Shown here piece after piece: positions 29,101 through 39,400 of a stretch of 64,000 nt of DNA (positions are counted from its first letter, which is position 1; each line of letters opens with the position of its first letter). The position numbers and the translations under genes are program-made. This DNA is from a virus. The notes under the pieces are model-generated. The model did not search any database, was not told the DNA's origin, and saw only the letters and a list, made by a program, of their open reading frames with translations. The DNA lies in IMG/VR virus record IMGVR_UViG_3300032293_000766, positions 32,001-96,000 of that record. One strand, written 5' to 3'.

Positions 29101-30478
29101 AAGAAAACAAGCAGCATTAGAAAGCGCAAACGTTGGAAGGAGGGCTGCTGGATTAAATGATATAAGAGGTTCAGACCCTGCATCTTTACGTGCTGGATTA
29201 AATCAAATTCGTGGAAATTTTTCTGGATTAGAGCAAAAAGCTTTGCAGGGCAAAGTTTCTGGCCAAGAGGGCGTAAAAGATGAAGGAATGAGAGAAAATC
29301 TCAAGAAAGCCCAACAGGATCAAATAAAGTTAATTAAAGATTTAATATCCGCAGAAGAAGAACAACTAAGACTTACTAAGGAAAAAAATAAGTTAGAAAA
29401 AAGTTCTTTAGAATCATTATTGTCTGGAGATATTGATAAGTTCTTTGAGCAACAGGCTGCTGTTGGCGCAACCGCAGCTATAGCAAGCGGTAATCGCGCA
29501 GCTATTGGTCAGTTTGGAGGTCAAGCATTATCTGGAGCTTATCAGAATTTACAATCTCAAAAAGAAGCTGGAGTAACTGAAGTATTTGGTCAGAGAATAT
29601 CTGGGGCCGGTGGATTACTAGAAAGTTCTGCTATGGCTTCACTTGGAGCTAGGGGCATACAAAATCCAAGAATGGCGCAAATATTAGCTGGTACTACTCC
29701 AGAGGAAGAGGCTAGTAGTAGAAGACTAAGGGAATATGGTGGATTACTAGGTGAAGCTGGTGCCGCTGGTGCTGAAATGGCACAAATGGAATTAGCGCGT
29801 GCAGACATGAATATTGCTAAAGCTACTATAAAAATAGAAAATGGAGGTTTTGATACAGATATTTTAAGTAATGAACCACAAGGTAGAAGTCGCGGTGGAA
29901 TCGTGTATGCTAGTAAAGGACAGCTTATTAATTTTGTTCCAAAGGGAACAGATACCGTTCCAGCCATGTTAACTCCCGGTGAATTTGTAATAAATAGAGG
30001 CGCTGTAAATCGTGGTGATAACTTATCTTTCTTAAGAGCTATTAATAATGGTAATTATACAGCAAGCGCACAAAGATTAAACAGCAACAATACTTCTATT
30101 CCTAATATTATGAAACAATTAGCTGGTAGTCCACAGGTAATACAAACTCAGGATACTCAAAGGAAAATGGTTCAAAATGAACAAAGTATATCAAATGTTA
30201 ATTTTGACGTACAAAAACTTTCTAAGCAACTCGGCAAATTCATGTCAGGATTTGATGGATTTATGGAAAGTTTCTCAAATCAAGTTGGAAAGCTAGGCAA
30301 TACTGAGGTTTCTCATAAGATGGGAGATGTAAATCTTAATATTAATGGAGGCCAGTTCTTACAAAGCATGGCCGATGGATTAAAGCAACAGTTAATGCAA
30401 GATTTAGGACAACAATTGCAGAGTATAAAAATAAATAACGTTGGTAATATTAAACTAGGAAGAACATCTGTATTATAA
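20171..30478 (+). CDS. Tape measure protein (TP901/PhageMin_Tail-type N-terminus) with internal enzyme-like cargo domains
   Basis: AFERELIKVAQV...ESAESIGTGLRTIFTRI tape-measure core; Ala/Gln-rich helical regions; hydrophobic segments about 27470-27830; repeated D(S/T)VPAMLTPGE motifs. Confidence 0.9.
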   Translation: MSRFVLTAQLQLQAPSNVRQVVNQIQSQLAGVNVPINIQNSAVATRQINQIKAATNDATTAAERMGAAFGVSLKRFASFSIATRAVGLFTSGLAGAIKDAIAFERELIKVAQVSNQSIASLKGLTSTITELATSLGVESKSLLEVSTILKQAGLSANDTSIALRTLAKAALAPNFDSITETTEGAIAILAQFGLGVTALEGQLSSIDAVAGAFAVEASDLIDVIRRTGGVFKSSGGDLNELIALFTSVRATTRESAESIGTGLRTIFTRIQRPKTIEFLKQFGVELVDLEGKFVGPFEAVKRLSAALNGLGEGDLTFIRVAEELGGFRQIGKVLPLLQQFAIAQNALNVAQNAGNGLTQNAVTAQQALAIRITKVKEEFLAFVRGVTESKGFQLFVNTALNLASAFIKIGEALTPVIPLLTAMMAINISRGIGSFLTSIPRGVASNRLSGGGRVLGFEKGGMVPGVGNKDSVPAMLTPGEIVMNRAAVQKYGAGNLVKMNRSASGGYTVEQLKDSQKKIISRSLYPTSPTSHLELNDKVKANIVQMPANEPLSPEEIDSIRKAYPSLTPDQMKRIKDGNQRKSLIDIRKNPQSASKEDITLSKEFARAERVWGQAYEQVLINRSKGKDSQGELSLANSGDLNYPVDVKRGNAGSETWGEVKFKTSKEPKKDLTAKLLAKKILDNQINTLFTENKPDPKIDDVDLGILEYYSGISKGDSHKLQFYKGLSLGGRVQRFEEGGVAQRRVGIIDSDVLRDKKNAARVAEGMKLLDAKSEADYAIKLSKLAGEARQAGSLNKFRVMTGAAANRKSSVATGRGAKDDATLRKTTRKQILHPDDLKDVDQVMSLTTTLKDSKLDYMGMADRIYVKDSSTEDEQKLVKLFERQRNLQKDPTLYGRETGTTEGLNPDYGLQTASLISQFGTTEDRTNKGKVMTLGEKTDQSGAPRFQVRRKRLEELPELVSAKGQFPGAASPLTRGHAETAVGTLLAKVREKYPDATHKDLLFALAPDLSLSGGSQGREHGSRYGEYPASFRRDLIKLALPEMMISSANSASQTGINSRISEIEKGATGRRRFAVMEKDAPVVISKAENENPEGVMERYRSAGLTPYNIARSADTEGDSISGTATRQAVIDKDYAKLDLAVLPQVGSAIKANQPQLRNRRMMVPLVQQALDIFTQANASKVNEQVDSILQNASGGPFTRMTPKFKESHPNLVKQIKQLRSSRDIFEREAFLDPAHDLIRIISDRYPDMYGLDVSRKEPVDVPVTEDMIKQHIVDASKSSSYFRPGLSFNGDGIQLSPTLQKVKDAVDKEVKSEVVAEPTVEKEIVAPNSRSDIFKILSREEAAAASGVSGIKAYDIMGIRRPLTPDEQKVKDAIKAAYVKKVKRQGASAKAQTTKLREKGLEFGAAGLFGKAFAAKNIKIESDKLSSSRMVRVNSGVMDQATATRLSTTMSQGVSDIISKGTNIVRAGQSKSPPTQNPLQGLNTNTNATIQGGLIEQIIQQLGGPGAVKGKGFDFPEGLQGAAKYFNIDPSIPTDVKRTLSGPSTIKDNIVTYLKNVMGYNSGGLVQKFPIGGRVSRKVPYDEVEGDPFAKAANSNTLGSSAYDLEKSSGLSPTEFEQAYQYAKTAQFNIEEFKKDLARRLEAKKQRSQIKTDSSSMLQQLMQQTKTSTDKQIALGKTLQDTSNDIGYRPSELERIAQARADISNAIQPTRRRMGGRLGFETGGTVPALVSNGEAYVPPAMAKKIGYGKLNRMNQADRNGMGRFSEGGISVFKGPGSGTSDSIPTNLPVGSFIIREKATKALGLNRGGSVGGVRRFFKGGQNTKDASRTKGYTSYANIEDAANDFADIIGQLGPRIAQDIQKRFQGIENVQAGQTPKLSKKPMKEGMRGAAVINSQGQTSMALQIQGANAAANSNTLAHETGHLADFSLGGGKELASKTEGTFQFDLVEKVKPIMIKAFEAAGESAQRIAEYCASNEELFAEFFAKASPEVRAIITSTTDSKKGMEQLANILGKTGYTYAGLEASDISKPRPQTKAASMGMSTADVINQAKVLSIPSSFNIGGLTGPTSVPTGSTSVPSAGPLPEEDCVKLCDPVLDKLNSTLSELLKAIQALSSSSTPFTPSASVSPQQSQPPDPQMSKAEATTLASTPKSDMFKKSTEELSTAQKVLQADFAAQRDALRATATSASEYKKKLEEIDKEEKNRLKNINKELKTREEAPAKTAERKAERKAEREADNNLSKVTGAISSGQGYQLKNEELVSANKTVQDRASKARDEARQTSTSQKDYDQRVKTINENEDSQLKGINREAKNRGINLSGGEKSDKGMFTFSQALTGASAALNGLIQTAGGTDDAFGRIASSVLSSVTAISSSLSVLEQLSGIEIKGFGDIAKIPQELGKSFANIGATLDAKISEFSGGRISSSSVGLEKLFSSLGAVAGVVGITAAAFSAAAGVLYSTSTTVAEYDKAMADGNIALVGTLSAKKTAEEDIINSGGIFAAGIVAVAAIVPIFLAAVTSMIPPLAGLSTSLYALAAPIAATVAVVVAAGAIFLYATGNLENFANGVRNIASSLTGGWIQSTSTIQQFAQATAATSHTMKLMQDQAKQTTQSLKDLSEGRKSAKEVLNQFSGQAKSAANAQFLAEALPEDTAKEKKAKDKAIDEANKNKDKVLSDAAPAINSQARNIAIAGGNFADFFASLPKELQAIYNQNPEELKLLKEAFGNTAKEVEVARKQFEAMNLGFRNVTSVTGAAVNSVTNFTAGLQAGNLAVAQSANTLAASLTSAGANISTNDFNNALSDVTGTMASLGASDQQISKFKENLTALAQVQRNASGIFDQVKDQIKAGGFQGMSPEAAGESFRKLVDDQLKASGIGEEARKRIGDALGDIELGDKERQQIAAGDYSFLTKKLEEAGVGMTAEVNQMVSDLQKVNSELNTLYKQRIDSERALVEAQRQAISLTLEGLDIQAKYGGNAVTPEIRKQAALESANVGRRAAGLNDIRGSDPASLRAGLNQIRGNFSGLEQKALQGKVSGQEGVKDEGMRENLKKAQQDQIKLIKDLISAEEEQLRLTKEKNKLEKSSLESLLSGDIDKFFEQQAAVGATAAIASGNRAAIGQFGGQALSGAYQNLQSQKEAGVTEVFGQRISGAGGLLESSAMASLGARGIQNPRMAQILAGTTPEEEASSRRLREYGGLLGEAGAAGAEMAQMELARADMNIAKATIKIENGGFDTDILSNEPQGRSRGGIVYASKGQLINFVPKGTDTVPAMLTPGEFVINRGAVNRGDNLSFLRAINNGNYTASAQRLNSNNTSIPNIMKQLAGSPQVIQTQDTQRKMVQNEQSISNVNFDVQKLSKQLGKFMSGFDGFMESFSNQVGKLGNTEVSHKMGDVNLNINGGQFLQSMADGLKQQLMQDLGQQLQSIKINNVGNIKLGRTSVL
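26366..26407 (+). repeat. Imperfect 21-bp tandem duplication (TGPTSVP/TGSTSVP)
   Basis: actgggccaaccagtgtacca followed by actgggtcaaccagtgtgcca. Confidence 0.7.
26840..26880 (+). repeat. Imperfect 12-bp tandem repeat x3 (AERK AERK AERE)
   Basis: gctgaacgtaaa gccgaacgtaaa gctgaacgtgaa gctga. Confidence 0.7.
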
Positions 30479-30487
30479 GGATAATGA

Positions 30488-33400
30488 ATGCCCACATTTT
30501 GTTTTTGCTCATCTAGATTAGACGGCGAAGGCCCAATACCTATAGTTGCATCTAGCTTCTTAGAAGCAGATTTGACTGTACAAATGTCCTACAGCCCTAA
30601 GTTCGAAACATTTTCTAATTTTGGTCTATATATTAAGTCTTTAGGATTAACTAGGTTAATTGCAGAGGCTAGTATACCACAACAGAATTATAACATTACG
30701 CATAGTGTTGTTTCTGCACTTTTAACCAATGCGTCTATAAGCGATAATATTAATGTTGAACTTTATTCTAAATCAAATTTTTCTACAGATTCAGAATTTA
30801 TAGCTTTAGCAGATAAGATTAGTGGTAATATATTTGAAGATAATATAGAGCAACTAGATAATGACAACTTCTTCGCTGCTCCCGTTAATGGTACTCAAAA
30901 GTTATATCCAGTACAAGATTTAATTACGTCGTATAATGGGCAAGTTTTAGTTAATGAAAAATTACAAACCAGCGATCTATTTAACAGTATCAACGGTGGC
31001 ATTTTCGTTGGCGATTTTAGGAGCGATGGTAGAACTATAAGTGACACACTATCTTATATTTTACCATCCTCAGTTAACATTGGTGGACATTATAGATATA
31101 AAGCTGTAGTTGAAAATCCCAGATTAACACCAAAAGAGAGTAGACTGTTTATTAGAGCAGCGGCCCCGCTTTTTGGTTCTAATGATACAGATGAAAGTAT
31201 TCCTAGATACACAATATCGAATATTAAATTTGAAGATCCAAGTGGCAACTTAATTATTCAGTATAGAGATATTGAAGTTCGCGGTGATGCAAATTTTGAT
31301 AACGCTCCAGAGAATATTAGCTACACAACATACATCACTAGACCTATTAAGAATAATGCCATATTAGCAACCCAAGATATTAATTATCCAATATTAAATT
31401 CTAATGGTGACTATACTCTCACGTTTGACATTATTATAGACAGTAATGACGCCCCATTTAATTTAGGTTTTAATGAGGGATTTGATGACGATATTCCAAA
31501 TGATAATGTTATTATTGATGAAGATGATTATTTAAGTATTGGATCGCCTTTTTCTACAATATCACAAGAAGCTATCAATCCTATAAATAGCATAAGAATA
31601 TCAGAGATTGAAATATTTAATTTTGGTGCAGCTAACATAGTTAACGACACATACTTAAATTGTTATACTGAGGTTGATTTAATAGGAGAAAGATTAGAGA
31701 GATTCTTAAGCCCACAAATTCTACTACCATATGACCATAATAATAGAATACATCCAAGCGTTAATACTATTTGGGCATCTTCTCCAGATAGTAGCGGAGT
31801 AAGATTATTTAATACTAATCAAGAATTATCAAATCAAATTGTAGGAAAAATTATTAATGATAGTGATGATGATTATATAGAATTAGTTTCTAGCTCTATA
31901 CTAGATTCTGGCAAGCTACATTTAGTTTTTACTCATAAGACATTAGAATCATTGCTAGTTTATCGCGGTGGAGCATTTAGAGAGTTGAGTAATTCTTTTA
32001 GTTTAGCCGAATTAGTTAACTTGCCTCCTATTAATGAATACTTCTTAGTAGATGAAGTTTATCTTAGAGTCAAAGCCAAAAAAGCTATAGGATCAAGAGA
32101 CTATGCCATAGACGTTGTTGGTTATAGTGATGATAAACTATTAAATGTAACATCTCAAGTCGGTGGATTCTTGCAAAATGATATAGGTGGAAGCGGATCA
32201 ATACCATATGTTTCTGGATTTGCTCCAACTAATTCACTTGGATTATCTAGCGAGTCCATATCTGATAATTATCAGTATTATCAAAGAGACGAGCGACTAA
32301 ATGTTGGTGGAGATCACTATAGATTATCACCAAATATTGTTAACTCAACTTCTTTCAGAGAATACAAAATCCCACTTAAGATATATCAAGATATTGGTAG
32401 ATTAGGTCAACCTCAAGAGTATGGATTAAGCAATTATTTTGAAAGTCTATATCTAGATATCTATCCATTACCTAGTGGAGCCTCTATATCTTCAATACAG
32501 CTTGTTGTTAAGTACAAGCCATCAAATGGTTTAAATATGCATACTATGGGTGAGCCACAGTATAACCAAAAAAATAATTTGAGATTATTCCCAAGAGATG
32601 TACTTTACCCGTCTAATAATTTGCCGCTTTCATATATAGATCTTATTCCACACGCTTATGATACGCCAACTACATTTAAGCAAAATTATTCAAGACGATG
32701 GAGGGGCGCGGAAGGTATATCTACATCATCATTCAAGCAATCAAATTTTGATGACTTTGGCTTTGAGCGATCATACCTTAATTCACCTTTTATATCTAGT
32801 AATTACGAGTTTAAGGATATAAGCAACAACTTAGTTATTCCAGATAAATATACAAGCGGTTCCGGTGTAGCAAACCATACAATCAATAAACTAGAGAATA
32901 TTGGATGGAGATTTAATAGTAATTCATTGTTCAACCAACCAACGCCTTATAGAACTATTGATTGGACTAGCATTAGTGGATATGAGACACACGCCTTACG
33001 CGGTAAGATATCTGACTCATTTGACTGTGCTATTAGAATGTCTGGATCAAATTCTATTGATTTCCAACCATTTGAATCTTCTGGCGGATTTGCGACTTAC
33101 ATAAGATTTTCACCAGACAAAGATAATAATTTTCAATCTGGAGTTTTGTTTTCACATTATAATACCAGCAACGAATTGCTGTTTCTTGTTGGATATTCTA
33201 GCGGATACTTATTTGCTCAAGCTAAAAATAGTAGTGGAAACTTTATTAGTCTATATGATAATACTATTTATAGCAATTACTCTTATCCATTAAATGTTGT
33301 TTTAACATACGACAATAACCTATCAACACTAAATCTATGTACTAAAAACGAGTTAGACAATTTACCTATCAAGATCTTCACTGCTAATAACTTCACTATC

Positions 33401-36400
33401 GCCAACGGCTCTGGCAGTCTATTGCTTGGTGGATTCAATAGTTTTATAACGGATTTTGGTTTTTCTAATCAATGTAATCTACTTACAGTAGATAGTAATA
33501 GCAATGATAAAGATGTTGGTATTTATAGATTCTTTGACGCAATTACAAACAACAAAGCGGTTAACCATAAACTTAGCACATTCATAGATGAAAGCTTAGA
33601 TAGTTGGAGCTTTGGAGAGTTTAGGCACAGAGATTTCGCATCTAGCGAATTCTCAACATTATCTAAGAGAGATGGTTATGACTTTATATACTTTGACATT
33701 AAGAATGACGGGCTTCCATATGCTCAAAAAATAAATACTCCACTAGCATCTGGTTTTTCATCTAGCAATTTGTCATACCATTCTCAAATAGAAAATGATT
33801 TTCTTAGAATTCACTTAAGTGACGCTCCAGACAATTTCTACGCTGCCGCTGTTAGATTAAGTAAGACGTTGCCACAGGGTTATGATTTTGTAGAAGATGC
33901 ACTTTTAGTTGAAACTGTTTTAGAATATACTTCTAGCGGGAACGTTATTTGGCCGAATGGTAAAACTGGCCCCAAATTAATAGTCAGTTTATATACAACA
34001 AATAAAGATCCAAGTAGTTATAGCGCAAAAAACTTTGGATTAATAAATCGCGGTGTGCATTATTTAGACAGTAAAGACGCTATAGTAATGCTACAAACAG
34101 GATTTGATTTTAATTCTTTTGTTGACGATTCAGAATCTTGGTCTATGTTTCCAGAAGAAAAAAGAATAACCGAATTTAATCACAAGTATTTTTCTAAAGA
34201 TTTAGATGATATGTTTATTCAATATGATATTGAGTATCCTTCTGGAAATCCATATTACTCTAATCTTAGAATTAATACTGTAAATGTAAGCTTAGATAGT
34301 TATATATCCAAAAAGCAAAACTTTCAAACAAGCGTTGATATCATTACTAATGGTGCGCAGTATGAGTTTAATTTTCTAAATTTTGTTGTTTCTCCCCACG
34401 AAGAAAACGTACAGAGCTTAATATTGCACGTTGATGGTTGCCCAATTTATTCATTAGATCCAGCATATTTATCTACTTATATAGCTGGCGCTTCTGGCGT
34501 TGAAGACATAAGCCTACCTCTATACATAGGCGCATTTACAGAATCTAGTTTTGGTTCTGACGGAGATTTATTTGGCTCATTGTTTCCAAACGCTATGGAC
34601 TTGTACATCTCTGGTCAATATGTGGAAAATGAATTTTTGGTAATGCGAACACAGGCTCCAGGTTTATTTGTATATAAAATGAACTACAGGTTGCCGCTTG
34701 TGACGTTTGACAAGTTTAGCTACTCCAATAACGCGCTGCCTTTATTTATTAGACCAGAAATAGCTGATGAATTAATATTTAGAGTCAATTCCACATTTAA
34801 TCTATATACAGAAGTAACACAAATAACCGTACTTAATTCTTACCTGAATTTAAATACAGCAAACTATCCCACCATTTATAGCAATGATGCATCATTAAAT
34901 TCTTATATCGAAAGTCGCTATGCTTATGACGGCTTAAAGCAAGGTAAGAAACAATTTTTATGGAATGGAATAGATACTGGGCTAGAAATAGAATTTGATG
35001 ATAATTTTTATGCTAATATACCAGTTGGGAATGAAATTCGTGGCGTAGAACTGATATGCTTTGGTGATTGCAGTAGAAGTGGCACATGCATTGAAAAGGG
35101 CATATATACACATGAAACTCAGTGGACAGAAGATAGATGCGTAGATGGTGGAATTTTTAGAGCAAAATCTACATATACAAACCCCACCGCTTCTGGATTT
35201 GGAAATACGATTGGATATAGTGGTAATTACTATGGAATTAGAAAATATACTGGACTTGTTCCTTCTGCGCCATATTTTATCTCTGCTAAATCACTCACTG
35301 GTAATGATGATTTCAATTTAGTTCCACCAAAATTTGAAGAGTGGGAATACGGCACAAATGATAATGTGGCTTTTTCTGGCACAAAAATTGTAGCACCCAA
35401 TAGGATAGAAAATGCTCAATTTGGTTATTCTATTGCTACAGCAAAAAATGTTGCAGTTGTCGGAGCGCCTAAAGAAACAGTATATGATAATGGTAGCGGA
35501 GTAGATAATGCTGGTGCGCTTTATGTATATAGAAGACTTGATGAACCAACTCTTAATAGTGGCAGTCTTAGTTCAGATAAAACTGGGTGGGGTTTTGAAG
35601 CAAAGCTCACGCTCCCTTCTGGATATATATTAGACTATCCTATTCCATATGGCACTACATCTCCTATACCGGGACTTCCTATTCCTCTTACTAAGTGGAA
35701 TGTTGGTCAAGAGGGAAGAGAGTTAGGCACTTCTGTCGCAATTGGAGTAAATAATGATATAAAATCATATGGAGAAAATAATAGGCAAATCATAGTAGCT
35801 GGTGGGCCTAAAGCAGAGTTTACGCGCACATTTGATGATATTACAACTAATAAGGTAAAGGCTTGCATAATTGTTTTTGCTGATGAGTTCAACCCTAATG
35901 ATGATGGATATTGGCAAAATATGTATGGATTTGATAGACAAATAGGTGAAAAAACAAACAGAAATAATACTCTATATAAGTACTACGCAAGGCCACCCTT
36001 GGAAATAGAAACAAAAATCTTAGTTATTCAACCAACAGGAGCGTTTTCTGAAATATATTACAGTAACTTTAGAAGAAAAAACTACTTATATCACACAACT
36101 ATCCCGCGTACTAATAATAAGCAATATCAACTAAACAAAGCTGCTATAGATAACACAATGCTAAGTGGCGTTATCAATTTATTTCTTGAGGCTTTTCAGC
36201 CTAATTCTGGAATAATACATAATAATATTCCTGTTACAATAGGTATCTTTTGCGATAATAGTAAATCACTTAGTCGCCAATCTGTACAGCCCCTAATTTC
36301 TAATTTTACTAATTGGTATAGAGAATATAGTTACGCTAGTGGCTTGAAAAACTTCTATCAAGTTCCAACTAGTGGTAATGTGTATGAATTTTTTCCTGAC

Positions 36401-39400
36401 TTCAATCTTGCGGAAGATTGGAGAGCTATGTCTAATATCATACTAGACAATTTATTAGATACCGGTAGAATTTCTAATAGCAATGAAACTTTCTTATTTG
36501 CTGAAGATTTTGGATTAGATGCTGTTAATACAAACTTGAGCGAATTTAATGTTCTACCAGACCTAGGCGGCAGAGTATATATTTTTGAAAAAGAAAGCGG
36601 TTATTGGAATGTTATACAAGAAATTTCTTCTACCAATGACGTTAAATACAATGGCTTTGGCCACTCCGTTAACATTAGTGATGATACGCTAGGTATTACT
36701 ATTGGATCACCATACACGAATGAGTCTTGTTATTCTTTACGCTATGACGATTCAGTTAAAAGCTCTATATATAGTAACCTAGGAAATTGGTTGAATTATA
36801 GAGGTAAAATATCTCTTAGATCTCAATACAATCAATTCACTGGTTCTAATTATGATCGCGGATTGAAAATTTATGATTTCTTATCAGCTAAAGAAAAGTT
36901 TGATTATCGTAGAGACTTAGAGTTCTGGGGTGGCACATTGCCAGAAGAGTATAAGGTCAACTTTATTTATAGCTACGACGATATACCTTATACTGGTGGA
37001 GATTATAAGGGCTTAGTACTTAGCCAGCTTAATACATCAAGACTTGGGTGGAGTTCTGCTCTAAATGAAGACGGCAGCATTATCGCTTTCGGTTCCCCAA
37101 CGGATAGCTTAAATAGATTTGATGATACAGACTTATGGTATGGTGGAGAAAATAATCAACTTGTATTTCAAGGTATGTATCCAGCAGAACAATATGCTGG
37201 ATCAGTCAGAGTATTTCAGTCTAGAGACTATTATAGTCATGATGGAGTTGTTTCATTTTCTAGGTTCGGCAATATTGGAGAAGAAAATGGCGACTTACAA
37301 ATACTTGGCAATATTTTTAATGGATTTGGTGGAAATCCTTTACATCGAAAGATGAATTTCTCAGAAATAGAAATACCAAAAAGTGCCGGTTTAGCATTCA
37401 TTACTACTCCTAGTTTAGATGCCGCTAGTGATGAAATAATGCAAAATATAAAAGATTGGCTAGCATTAGGAGATAGAACTTTAGTATTGGTAGGAAACGA
37501 CCCAGTATATGAAGATAATGGACTATATTCTAATTCTAATGATATAGTCAATAAAATTTTATCCAAATTAGATTCTAGAATGAGGTTACATCCCACAAAA
37601 AATAGATATGAATCATTGATTGATTCTGGAAACTGCGCGTCTGATTTAGTAAATATTCTACCTTCATATCAACCTAAAGGTATATCGCCTACATACATAA
37701 ATTTTAATAATACTTTTGTTGGACATGGAGTTTCTGATATTAGAATGCATATTCCAGAACATGCAACAATGTATATGCCAAATTGTAATTTATGGAATGA
37801 TAAATGCTCATTACCTTTAGCTCATCGTGGAGACTTAAGAGCTAACTTTAATTATCCATACGTAGGATATAGAGGAAGAACTCAAATCGGCCAATTGAAC
37901 TGGGCTAGATTATTTGATAAAGATAATAAACCAGAATACGCTAGAAACTGGAATCGCGCAATATACAACTTTCCAAAACAAGAACCTATACCACTATTAG
38001 TAGCTGGAGAGTATGTTCCTTCATATACTATACATTACCCAGCAGAACCCGCGACTTCTGGACTATTTCCTATATATAGAGATGTAACCGTTAGATTACC
38101 AGACCTTATTGCAAATGACGTACAGGAGTTTTGGTATTGGGATGTTTTAGATTCAGTAAACTACAAAGATCAAGTTGTATTTAAAATAGATTTTGAGAAC
38201 GGATCTCCAACATTTAACGGAGATTTCTTTAATCCAGAGCCAACTAATAATAGAGACGCAATTATACAAGGTAGGGCAGAAATTAGAAATTTTGACCCTG
38301 TGCTTGGGTTTGAGTTAAAATATGATAGACAAGTCATATGTTCGGAGGAAATTTATCAAACTCCTAGTGAATCTAATAATAATTCACAAGTTGTTTTATT
38401 AGCTACAGTCCTGTCGGAAAGTAAAGCCAATCTAACGTCTGGTAGTCAAGATATTAATATTCAGTTTTACACAAATCTTATTACCATCAACGGAGAGGAT
38501 TTATCTAAGCTAAGACAATCTACATATTCTTGTAATCTCCCGTCTACTATTGGTATTGTCGGTGGTTGGACAGGAAGGAAAAACTTTAAAGACGGATATA
38601 GCGAATCGTTCTTAGAAGAATTATATGGAGAATTGCCAGAAACGCAAGCAGAAATAAAAGTATTTAGCGAAACCATTCCTAATTATATCAATGTATGCTG
38701 GATACCAAATACTAAAAACGCCCAGCCCACTGACCAAGATATTACCAATCTTAAAAATTGGTTAAATCTAGGTGGTAAAAAACTCATTGTAACTTTTGAC
38801 GATTCTTATGAGTCAGCTTTAGCTGCTAGAAATTTATCTAATAAACTAGGCATAAAGATTCAACCTATATATCTTGAAAATAGGGGAAGATTTGCAAATT
38901 CTTATGATAGAACTATATCTGATAGAAACACAGTCATAGGTCAATGGATATCGCCCAATATCAGCCAATTCAATGTGCAAAGTAAGATAATTAAATCTTG
39001 CTTATATGATGTGGACAATACAACAAATTTAATAGTTAACGAGTTCTATCCACGCAACTTGTTTACTACTGGCTTTGATCCTCCCGTCTCATTTACTCCA
39101 ATATTAGGAAATTTTTATCATCAATCTTTAGATAGCATCAAGGATGTATTAGTAGCAAAATATCCAATATATGACACTGTATTCTTTGATATCCCAGCTA
39201 TATGGGAAATTGATGGGGCTGCAAGCATAAGTATACCAGTAATTCCCAATAGTGGATATACAGTATTTATCAATTATTTGTCAGAGTTTGAAAATGAAAA
39301 AATTCCAATAACTATAGACATTGATAATTTCAGAACATCGGCACGTCCTTCAAATGATCCTGATGACGAAGATGTTGTTCGGGAATTTGTAACACCCAGC

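Noticed and set aside
20515-29967. Long antisense ORFs within the tape measure gene (e.g. 20515-21285, 26317-26886, 27163-27570, 29590-29967)
   Set aside because: Shadow frames expected opposite Ala/Gly/Ser-rich codons; no SD or recognisable motifs.
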